From: Geosiphon pyriformis uo1
Taxonomy: Eukaryota; Fungi; Glomeromycota
Length of the DNA: 64,000 nt
Reading direction: 5' to 3'
Assembly: GCA_016748015.1 (NCBI GenBank)
Contig: JAAOMT010000009.1
Location: forward strand, 1,134,459-1,198,458
Part shown: in pieces, positions 12,595 through 25,765 of the stretch
How the letters are laid out: every line of letters starts with the position of its first letter
Position numbering within the stretch: position 1 is the stretch's first letter
Program-made: the position numbers and the translations under genes
Notes under the pieces: generated by a model
The model's input: the letters and a program-made list of their open reading frames with translations, nothing else
Told to the model about the DNA's origin: nothing
The model's database searches: none

Positions 12595-13565
12595 TAATCG
12601 AACTTTTTTGTCAATTTGTATACTTCTTCCTCAACGTATCTACCACTTGATAGCTTCCACATATTCTCCTTCTTCATTGCTTTAAATTTCTTGCCAGTGT
12701 TCGTCTTTAAGAAGATTCAGATTCACTTGTGTAAATGACAAAGAGGATTCAGTGACTTGTCTCCCCAAAAGCTGAATATTAAGGGTTATCTACCTTGCTC
12801 TGTTGTCCCGAAGAGCTCTCCTCGCTCTAATAAAGAGCAAACTAGTTAGCAGGGATCGACCACTACAATTGAATAGTCAGAATTTAATAATTGAAACATT
12901 AATCACGTACCTCGTCCTGATCAACAGCCTCCGCTTTGGTTGATGAATCCGTACTTTCTTCTGATGTCGTCGATGGACAATAGATGAAACATCATTATCG
13001 CCCACAAGAAATTGTATTTTTTCATTTAACCCACTAACCATTATACTGCTGTTATTTCCAGCTACAGTAGCTGTTAGTGGGTTATTATATTGAATTAAAG
13101 TTTTGGTTGATTCTGGCTTCACCTGTCACATTTTTGCCAGTTGTCGATCAGATTGAGAACCCTATGATAGAAGATTAAATAATTAGAAATACTTTTATCT
13201 GACATGTCCAATTTCTCACCCCACCAGGTCGGCGAGCGGCCTTGAACATCAGACAACCGAGCGGGTCACCTGTGCCTCAACACTGGTTTTGTGGCTCGGC
13301 AAACAGCCTTGACTGACAAAGAACCGAGCGGGTCCCCACCATGCCACTATTCTATCTATATATCAGATCAAAAATTACTTCCCTTTTTATATTTATCCAA
13401 AAGTAACTTCGCTCTTTTACACCTTTTGCCTTGTTCACAGGTAATAATATTGTTGAGGCTTCTAATATAAATAGCTATCTTCAGTTGAAATGGCTCGGCA
13501 TCGCAAGAGTCCAGAAACGCCAAAATGCTCCATTCAGAGGAAATATTCATGTGTCCTAAATTCAA
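12595..13565 (-). pseudogene. Pseudogene of a multicopy fungal gene family of unknown function; recognisable coding sequence ends at the Tc1 element
   Basis: Exon 1 SEWSILAFLDSCDAEPFQLKI..KAKLLL-like, an intron ending ATCATAG, exon 2 GSQSDRQLAKM*QVKPEST.., and later MWKLSSGRYVEEEVYKL. Stops and frameshifts present; second copy at 17321-18264. The family resemblance is from recall of Glomeromycotina hypothetical proteins. Confidence 0.6.
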
Positions 13566-13703
13566 AAGAAATCAGAACTGTGTAGCAAAATTTTTAACCT
13601 TACATTTTAGGCGAAATAATGAAAATATCTTGTTCAATCCGATCCAGTCCAAGAATATATGTATGGCTGATCGCGATAACAGATGCGTTATTTGTTTTCT
13701 AAA

Positions 13704-13784
13704 AACTCGTGATTTATTTTTCCAAAAACGCGTCCCTAACTCGTGATGTGTTTTCCAAAGACGCGTCCCTAACTCGTGATTTAT
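13704..13784. repeat. 33-34 bp tandem repeat (about 2.4 units), each full unit with an ACGCGT (MCB-like) box
   Basis: AACTCGTGAT..TTTTCCAAA(A/G)ACGCGTCCCT at 13704 and 13738, with a partial third unit at 13771. Confidence 0.85.
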
Positions 13785-13980
13785 ATGAATAAATTTTATG
13801 AAGATTTTTCAAAGGTTTCTTTCCAACTTTATCGTCTTGTGACATCTTAACTTGATAATATATAGGTACGCATTTTTGTTCAAACTTAGTATTTAACATG
13901 GTATACTTTCTGAGTACTTGGAATTGCCACCTTGTCAGATAGTATTAATCGATTTCTCATTTTTGAAGTTCAATAAGCAA

Positions 13981-15681
<1,701 letters not shown>

Positions 15682-15940
15682 CGAATATAAGTTTCTATGG
15701 TATTCTGGAATCAAAAGACTTTGATTGGATATAACGTAAAAGTTACTTTTTATTTCGCAAAAATTGATGTTTTGAGGCTTTTTTATTTCGTCCTAGCTCA
15801 TTTGAAAAATTGAGTCAATTCGCTATAGAGGAATTTAGGCTACTAAGCTATTAAAGTCGCGTTTTGTGCGGTATTGAAATCTTGGAACCCACATCTAAAT
15901 TAATGAGAATTCCTCATCCTATTAACTTAAGAATTTCTCT

Positions 15941-16651
15941 TCAAATTTTTGCCTCTATCATCAGGGCGATCCCATCAATTTCTACTTTAACATCTTTCGG
16001 CAATCGCGCAACTTCAACACAGGCGCGAGCTGGTTTATGATCTCCAAATGCCTAAGAATTAATTCCATTTTAGACAAATGGCGATTCAAAGAAGTTGAAT
16101 GAAAAACATAGCATTGCTGCATCTCAAGAAAATGATATTCGCTTAAATTACACATACCTCTGCATAAACTTTATTGATTTTCGCAAAATCATCCATATTT
16201 TTGATAAAGACGGTTGTTTTTACAACTTGGGCGAGCGATGAATTTGCCGCTTCAAGGACATGTTTTAGATTTTTAAGGGATTGACGCTAAATTTTAAAAG
16301 ATCATTACCCAATGAAAGGTATTAATTTCACGTGGGATGAGGGAGTTGATCGCTGCATTAAACTTACCGTTTGTTCTTGAATATCGTCACTTACGATTTC
16401 ACCTGTCTCGGGTATTACCGGTATTTGACCGGAGACAAATACGAAACCGTTTGCCACGATGGCTTGAGCTTAATTAGGATCAAACAAATCAGAAAATGAA
16501 CACCTTTGTAAAAAAATTATTCACACTCACAGTAAGGCCCAATGGCCCCTGGTGCCTTTGCTGTAGATACTTTAAGAAAAGAGCTCATCGTGTGCCTGAG
16601 GCTGTATCTAACAGATTTAGAAAACGATTTATTGGTGTTGAAACGATACAT
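15941..16651 (-). CDS. MMF1: RidA/YjgF family enamine/imine deaminase with a putative mitochondrial presequence (spliced)
   Basis: [61 protein letters not shown]; Arg/Ser-rich N-terminal extension. Confidence 0.93.
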
Positions 16652-17320
16652 TTAAGGCATAGATAATCAAAATACTTTAATGAGCAATTTTGAATGTTTA
16701 TCAATAAAAATATTAACCAGTTGCTTAGTAATACTTATAAATAAAACTACTTGATAATGGATATCAGGTTCAAATCGTAACAACCCTCTTTCTGCTATAT
16801 CATTTTTTTCTCTTTCCATGCATTTGTCTGCACACTCTTCCCTTTTTCCCAAACTAACTTCGCTCAGAAATTGTGCCACTTTGCCTTTGGCCTCCACTCC
16901 GCAAAACTCATGGTTCTCTTCGACGATGAAACCTTCGACAAGCAATCTTTCCCAAGAGATCCCTGCCAGCAACACACTCCAGAATTCAAGTACTGCGAGC
17001 AGCTAAATACAGAAGAGGCCACAACAAGCAAAAAGTGCAAGACGAAAACCAGGACAATAGCAGCACGCAACAAGCGACGACGTTCACTAGAAACTCTCAA
17101 CCGCACATTCGTGGTTAAGGTGCATCTCAACCACAGTTATTGAAAGGCATTGTATTATGTTTGGGGGGCAAATGGTATTAGAGAAAATAAGATAATCTTT
17201 CTATTTCACGTAAAGCGGCCTCGCACATAAGATGAAGGATTTTTCGTCTGCAGAATGAAATCCACAAAAAAGCGATCGAGAAAAATTGTGCAAGACTCTC
17301 CGTCAGCGTCTAGTCACTAA

Positions 17321-18264
17321 TGGCGAGGCGTGAAAGAGCGAAGTTAATTTTGATCCGAGATATAGATAGAATAGTGGCATGGCGAGGGCCTGCTCGGTTC
17401 TTTGTCAGTCAAGGCTGTTTACTGAGCCACAAACCCAGTGTTGAGGCACAGGTGGCCTGCTTGGTTGTCTGATGTTCAAGGCTGCTCGCTGACTCACCAC
17501 TGGTCCCACTAGGGCACAGGTGACCTGCTCGGTTGTCTGATGTTCAAAGCTGCTCGCCGACCTGGTGGGGTGAGAAATTGGACATGTCAGATAAAAGTAG
17601 TTCTAATTATTTAATCTTCTATCATAGGGTTCTCAATCTGATCGACAACTGGCAAAAATGTGACAGGTGAAGCCAGAATCAACCAAAACTTTAATTCAAT
17701 ATAATAACCCACTAACAGCTACTGTAGCTGGAAATAACAGCAGTATAATGGTTAGTGGGTTAAATGAAAAAATACAATTTCTTGTGGGCGATAATGATGT
17801 TTCATCTATTGTCCATCGACGACATCAGAANNNNNNNNNNNNNNNNNNNNTTCTAATTATTTAATCTTCTATCATAGGGTTCTCAATCTGATCGACAACT
17901 GGCAAAAATGTGACAGGTGAAGCCAGAATCAACCAAAACTTTAATTCAATATAATAACCCACTAACAGCTACTGTAGCTGGAAATAACAGCAGTATAATG
18001 GTTAGTGGGTTAAATGAAAAAATACAATTTCTTGTGGGCGATAATGATGTTTCATCTATTGTCCATCGACGACATCAGAAAAAAGTACGGATTCATCAAC
18101 CAAAGCGGAGGCTGTTGATCAGGACGAAGTACGTGATTAATGTTTCAATTATCAAATTCTGACTATTCAATTGTAGTGGTCGATCCTTGCTAACTAGTGT
18201 GCTCTTTATTAGAGTGAAAAGAGTTCTTCGGGACAACAGAGTAAGGTAGATAACTCTTAATATA
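17321..18264 (+). repeat. Second, inverted, partial copy of the 12.8-13.4 kb pseudogene; contains an assembly gap at 17831-17850
   Basis: Near-identical ORF MKPESTKTLIQYNNPL at 17917-18162 (+) and 12877-13122 (-); shared intron sequence. Confidence 0.92.
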
Positions 18265-18539
18265 TTCATTAATTCCATAAAAATGTATCATTGTTTTCTG
18301 TAATATACAGAACTTGAAACACTATAAATAAACCAATTACAATGATATCCAAAACTCTTTCTTGTTTAAAATAATTATGGAAAATTTTATATTAATTATC
18401 TTTTTTTTTAACACACAAAAATCATAGCTTTATTAATAAAGGCAGAATTAAGATAAAAGTCTAAATGTTATATTAACATTATGTGCAACCAATTAATATC
18501 TTTAATCAATAAACTGTTTACATATCTTGAACCAAAACC

Positions 18540-18740
18540 TGCTTTCTAATAAGCACAATTGACAATATTATATATCTTCTTAACAAAATATTTGGTATTC
18601 TGTGAAATAATCACTCCATTAAGCGCTTTCAAATGTTTCAAATAAACATTAAATTGTAGCCAAAATTCAGAACCAAAAGCCTTATCAGCCAACATATTAG
18701 CTGTTTCATTTTTCAAAATACCAAAATGTTCCGGATGGCT
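18540..18740 (-). mobile_element. Highly decayed LINE RNase H C-terminal fragment
   Basis: HFGILKNETANMLA resembles HSGILGNECADALA in the LINE copies. Confidence 0.5.
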
Positions 18741-18921
18741 AGTCACGTGTATAAAGCATTTATTATAGAACATGTAAATTTTATAATTCAGAGTAATTTC
18801 TACTGTTCCTGATCATCCGAGCTCGATATCTTGTTATTTGCTAGACCAATCAAAATGCACTAATGAAATATTCAAGAAGTGTAAAATACGTGTGGTCTCA
18901 TTCTCAACGACGTGTCGCAAA

Positions 18922-21900
18922 ATGGTGAAAGTCAAAACTCCAGGCCGCGAAGCTTTCCGGTACAAATTGGTTGTTCTGGAGTTTTGAGACTTTGCTCGCC
19001 CTTTCAGAAATCAATATCCTTTTTTTATTTATTTACAGGAGCGCCCCAATTACCAACTACTTTCAGAGAATACCAAACCCCAATAAGAAGTCAGCTTTTG
19101 TTACATTATTTACAAATTCAACTACATGGACTTCTTTTATCGTATTAATTTTCTTTAATCACTTACAGTAAGTCTCTTAATGGGAATTCTCAAGCTCCGA
19201 CTCCTGTGACTCAAACTCCTGTCCACTCAAATTGCAATACACCGACAAAAACCACTCAAAGGAGAGTTGATTTCGAGGAAATAGGGCAGTCCTCACACAA
19301 TCTTCCCAAGCCAGACATCACAGGGCTTTATTCTAAATCAAAGGAAAGACGTTTGGAAACTCCGAGTGCCACAGCAATCTCAGAAGACGAGGATGAAGTT
19401 AAAAATGTTCCGGATGTACGTGCTTCTTCAATCTCATTTATCTCTCCCGATACCATTCTACGCAACTTTTAACTCATGGAAATTGAAGATAATCATTGAT
19501 GACGACGATGATGAACTATTGTTGAACACAACTTTCGACTTCTCTACATCCAATTTTACTAAGAAACTAGAAAGGTAAAATCTCTCCAGTTTATTTGGAT
19601 TGGCGTTGGAAGCTCCCGAATCAATAAAATAAACACTTGATCTTAAAATAAAGAATCGCAAGTGAAGAAGTTTCTCTACGCCGAAGCTCACGTGCTCGTA
19701 AGGCAGTAACTCTGGAAAATTATGTTCCAACAGTAGATGCTGTCCCCTTAAAGGATAGGCCAATGCAGGATTATATTAATGGTGGAGCAAAGAGTTATCA
19801 ATTTTCTTTGGCATCACTTTTGCGTGAAAAAAAATCCCGCGATAAAACCGGATATGATATTCAGTATCTGGAACGAACACTCAATGATGGGAAGGTACGT
19901 CTCTTTATATTATTTAATAACAACAGCAATGTATTAACATAATTCAAACAGTCTCTCGATGAATTGGATGATCAATATGCTGAGTATGACCGTCAAGAAC
20001 TCTCAGAACAAGTCTTGCCAGAGGAAAAAAGCGAGCAGTTGTTAAAGGTATCAAAACTTTGAAATTGGTTCCTTATGCTATACATTAATTAAATTATTTT
20101 GCAATGCTAGATATTTAAAGAGGATGATCAAATGGACTCTGATCAGCAATTAAACTTTTTCGAAGTATCGCCAAAGGTGAGAATATTTAACCAAAATTAC
20201 GTATTATTTTTAATTCATGGTATAAATTCTTACTCCTCGAAAATTTACACCTTGCAGATCATTCTTCCACTACCTATCCTCAGTGGATTAGGGGATAGGA
20301 TTTTTTCCCTCTTGGTCAATGCCTGCTCCGGTAACAAAGCTTAGATATTCTGGCCATATAGAATGCAATCAAGATTTTTAATCCATTTTTTTGGACCCAG
20401 ACAAACCCGATATCCAAGATATACTGTGTAACGGATGGATAGTTCACCAATATGAAATGGGATGGTCAATCCCCAATGAAGTTATTATATGGCTTCTGGA
20501 TATTGGTAATTCTTGCGATTTTATCATTTCGGTTTCGAGTTACAACAACATGATTTGACTTCCCGATCCTAGTAAGCTTCGCCCAAGAAGCGATCATTGC
20601 CGAGGCTGCTTTCGATAATTTAAAGAAACTCGCCTCTATAAAGGTAAACGAATCTCCTCGGTGCTTTTTTCTATGAAGCCTTAATTTAATGACAAACAAT
20701 TTTTCAATAGTTACGTTGGACTAATAAATCCTTAAAAGGAAACCATGATATTGAGGTTGGATTTTTTCGAATAATATCTATCTTCTCCGCATTCGGGGCA
20801 TCATCTCAATTTCTAGGATATAGATCTAATTTGGAAGAAAAAACTACTCGTATATTGCCCTCAGAAAGTATGTCGTACAAAATCTTGAAAATTGGGGGCT
20901 AATCTAATTTTTTTACTTTCTAATCTTCCGTAGCCTCCTCTGATAATTTTCCTTACACTTTCAATATACAATTGATTGTTAGACTGCTGGGTCACTTGGC
21001 TGAATGCAGGTTTGCTCTCAAAGCTCGTATTTAGGATTTCGCCCATCTCAACTCGTTGTCTTCTTTAAATAGGTGTTTGGTATTTCATAATAACGATGAA
21101 ATTCGCCTCGCTATCAACGTTCTCCTTCGTTTGTCCCTTGATAGTCGTCTGTGGAAACTATTTTATGATGTTGAAACCATTGTAGGGTCACTTTTAAACC
21201 AGATTTCTGAAGAAGATTGGGGCGCTCAGGTAACTATATTATACATTTTATAATCAATATTGACTAGATACGTTTAGTCGGTAGATTTATTTACATTCCA
21301 AAATACAGACGAAAAAATTTGTTTTCTTTATCACCTAGAACCGTACTAATACTAAAACTTGTTCATAAAAGGTCAAACTTATATGTGAAGATAATGCTTG
21401 GTCTTGCGGAAATCTGACACAATATAAGGTAGCCATATTGGAAAATTTGCCGATTTTAGGCCGCGGAAAAATACTGCGAAGAATATTGGCTTACCGGTTT
21501 CTATTTGACAAACCTGCGTTGTCATGGAATTTGGCTGAGGCATGTTCTTAAGTTGAAATTTATCATCTTATTCTGATATGTACATTTCAAATATTGTTAA
21601 CGATCGTTTGAAAAAATTTAGTTGGATATTACCAAACCAATTCACTTGGGACCGCTTTTGGATTTGTTTCAAGAAAGTTGCAGTAGTTTCAAAATACATA
21701 AAGACACAAATTATAATACGTTATCCGATTTAGTTTCTTGTCTTAGCTTTGCTATCGATGACCCTCAGCAAATGCGGACTGAAAAAGTAAGAAAAAAAAT
21801 AGTTTCATTAAAGTTACCCTATTAATTTATTTTTGCTATATCAATAGAACACTGTGGAAGAAATTATCAAGAAACTTAAACACACACACGGAAAAATTGG

Positions 21901-22251
21901 TAAGCTAAATTTCATTGAGAGGCAACTAAAAGCTTCCACGTGAATATTGAATTTAAATATGCTTTCTTAACAGTGGATATGAGAGCCGCCTTCCTAGATC
22001 GAACGAAGGTAAACTACTTATTATATTTTATAGATTATGAAAAGTCTTCGACATTGTTGCTGAGCATCAAATTTTTTCAGGCTAAAGATCTTATACAGCG
22101 TTTGTTATTGCGCCTTTACTACGTAATAAATTACCGGCATTCTGGGCAGAGACAGGCCAGTATCCTTTATTATTCCCCAAAAAAATCGCAAAGAACTTTG
22201 GATTTATACACGATTGCTTCAACAGGTCAAGGGCATAATGCGGAATCTTAA
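18922..22251 (+). CDS. SLF2/Nse6-like SMC5/6 loader subunit (CANIN-like C-terminal domain); multi-exon, start uncertain
   Basis: Disordered N-terminus, then helical exons. C-terminal GKIVDMRAAFLDRTKAKDLIQRL resembles, from recall, the SLF2/FAM178 end [21 protein letters not shown]. Confidence 0.62.
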
Positions 22252-23238
22252 ATATGTATATAGCTTATAATAATGTATGAGTTCTTTAAAATAATTTTCA
22301 TGCTAAATTCATCAGCTAAGCCCACTTCGAATAAAACTGATTTTCATAAAATGCTATTATAGAATTACAAATGATATTAACCAAAAATTACTGATAAAGA
22401 ATTAAATTACAATCTTTAATTCAATGAAAAATAATTTAAATGAAATTTTTTTACATTATTAAAAACTGATAATTGAATACTGAAAATATTATTCAATTGT
22501 TCAATTTAGTCAGCACTTTTTTGCATTAAATTAAATTTTTTTTAAAAATACATTATTTGTAAATTTATGGCTATTTGTCAAAATAAATAAAACCATTATA
22601 TTTAAATATGTAATAATAACAAATTATTTTAAACTGTTAAGATTAATTTTAATTATTATAAATATGGTTTTTATGTTATTTATTTAAAATTTAAATTAAC
22701 ACATTATATAAAATTAGTATTATTTATTAAATATAAATTTTTTATAATTTATTAATATAATACATATATTGAATGAAATTTTTAAACACAAAAATTTATT
22801 TATAGATAAATTAACTATTATAAATAATAAAAAATATGTTAAAAATACAATTATTAATCTAATAAAGATATAATTGTTATTATTTACTTTTTATTTTCCA
22901 AGATTTGCATATAAAATTGCAAAAATTTAATGAATTTTCAAATATTTAAAATTTAAAAGATAAAATTTCTAGTCACACATAGAAAGCTCCTAATATGTAA
23001 TATTCCCTGTTGCGTTGTGGTTGGATCGCACTTAGTTGGCATTTATGCAATATAATCATGTTTTGAATAAAAAAATTTACAAGATAAAAAACCAGATTTT
23101 AAACCTACTGCATGTGCGTTTATTTTAGATAATCGCGTATTCCCAAAAATCACACAAATTCGATCGATCGGCGGGATAGAAACTATAAAATATCGAGCGA
23201 CTCGACAATCTTTTTCACTGATAATAAAATTTGATATT

Positions 23239-25430
23239 ATGGCTTACCAATTAAAAGCCAAGGTCTGTCTTATTTGCATTGATGGTTGGGGTATTTCTGA
23301 TAAAGACGGTGTTGCTGGCGACGCTATTTATGCTGCTGAAACTCCTTGGATGGATAAATTTCAAAAAGAGTTTCCATATACTACCCTAGAAGCCCATGGC
23401 CTGGCTGTCGGTTTGCCCGACGGACTTATGGGGAACTCCGAAGTTGGTCACTTAAATATTGGGGCTGGCCGAGTAGTATATCAGGTTATTGTTGTTCAGA
23501 AATTTGCTGCCTTCAAGCTGCCAGAAAAAACTTAATTGTGTAAGGGTGGTAGAGATTTTTGTTCAACGAATACAATTGAAGCGATATTTTTTCTTACAGG
23601 ATATCGTCAGGATTGATTTAGCCGTGAAAAATAAAGCTTTCAACAAAAACGATGAGATTTCTAGGTCATTTGATCATGCCAAAAATGGGAGCGGAAGAAT
23701 TCATTTTTTAGGATTGGTATACTTCAATATTTTAGATTGTCATCAATATATCATAGATTCTATTAAATCCTAAAAATCTTCTATTCAATCTATCTCAAAT
23801 TATAAAAGGTTTCGGACGGTGGTGTACATAGTCACATTAATCATCTTGAGCATCTTCTAGAATCTGCCAAAAGTTACGGCGTACCAAAAGCATTTGTTCA
23901 TTTCTTTGGTGATGGGCGCGATACAAGCCCTCGATCTTCTGATAAGTATCTTAAACAGCTCCAAAAACACATCAACGAGCTTAATTATGGTGAGGTAGCG
24001 ACTATTGTTGGACGTTATTATGCCATGGACAGAGATAAGAGATGGGAAAGAATCAAAATAGCATTTGAAGCATTGACTCGAGGGATAGGCACTAAATCTG
24101 AAGATCCAATAGCGGTGAGCTCGTAATTGATATTACATATATTTTTATAATTCGTTCCATATTAAAATCGCTATCTATTAAATGTTTGAGATTCCTTTTC
24201 TAGACAATTAATCAACGCTTTGGAGAAAATGAAACAGATGAATTCCTAAAGCCAATCATTTTATCGAATGAGGGTCGTATAAAAGGTAATTATGTTCTCA
24301 TTACCGCAAAAGTTCCTGGTATCATCTTTTGAAACCAAAGCAATTTGTGTTTCAAAGTCATCTTATAAATTATCACGATCAAAGCTCATTACTTGCCCTT
24401 TGTCCCATACTCAATTAAGACGGGGATACTCTGTTTTTTTTCAATTATCGAGCTGATCGAATGCGGGAGATTGTTCAAGCTTTTGGAATCTCCCCTCCGC
24501 CATTCGAAGCTGATGTTCCAAAAAACCTTGTAAGTCATGAATATTCTACGGTGGTGTTTTTAGAAACCTCTAATTTATCTCATGCCTTAGGATATCACTA
24601 CCATGACCAAATACAAATCTGATTTCCCGTTTCCCGTTGCATTTTCTCCCCAAAAATTGGATAACGTACTAGCTGAATGGCTCGCAAAACATGAAATCCC
24701 TCAATGTCACGTTGCTGGTAATAAAAATCAAATAAGACCTCTTTTTAATTTGTAAATATGCTCCTCATTATGGCACTCATCGTATATCATTTTTGGATGC
24801 TTTTAAAACGTGATTTCAGAGACCGAAAAATACGCCCATGTAACATTCTTCTTTAATGGAGGAGTTGAAAAGCAATTCCCACTCGAACATCGAGATATGG
24901 TACCCTCTCCGAAAGTTGCAACATACGATCTAAAACCTGAAATGTCGGGTTCCGGAGTCGCCGATAAAATGGTTGAAGAAATTTCTTCGGGAAAATTTCC
25001 CTTTGTAATGTGCAATTTGGCCAATCCAGATATGGTAGGACATACAGGCGTGTATGAAGCCACTGTGATTGCAGTAAGGGTAACTGACGAGTGCATCGGA
25101 CGTATATTTGAGGCCTGTCAAGAACATGGTTACACTTTATTCATTACTTCAGATCATGGTAACGCTGAGCAAATGCTAGATTCCGAAGGGAAACCTCATA
25201 CAGCCCATACGTGTAACCCAGGTAAATATAGCCTTCAATATATTTGCGCATTCCTTTTTTGGTTCTAATAATTTGTCTTTCATTTCACAGTGCCTTTCAT
25301 AATGACTTCGAAAGATTACAAGTTTGTGTCCTCTAAGGGTGTTTTGGGTGATGTTGCTCCCACTATATTGGATCTATTGGGTTTAGAAATTCCAAAGGAA
25401 ATGACTGGATCCACTCTTTTATCCAAATGA
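23239..25430 (+). CDS. gpmI: 2,3-bisphosphoglycerate-independent phosphoglycerate mutase (spliced)
   Basis: [79 protein letters not shown]. Confidence 0.97.
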
Positions 25431-25765
25431 TTTCCTCAATTTATGTCTGGATTACTCTACTTAAAATCGTGTTAAATGTAATGGTAGTTTATTTCATCAA
25501 TAATTGTGATCGAACTGGTTGGTCATCTGGGAATCAAGAATAATACATTATACAATTGTTATCTAGAAATAAACCTCAGGAAATTTGACAAATGATAATA
25601 ATGACATTAAGGCCGAATATGAATGAAGTTCGATATGAGGCCAATGGAACTCTGCTGAGACCAAGGGATATCCAAGACTATTCAATGAACAGCCAGGCAA
25701 ACAAAATGTCTTTAAAATTAGAAATTTAGTAAACAGTATTTACAGAAAGTATTTGGATGCATCAT

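Noticed and set aside
17601-18080. Apparent 230-bp direct tandem duplication (17601-17830 and 17851-18080)
   Set aside because: The copies flank a 20-N gap and look identical, which is typical of unmerged contig overlap.
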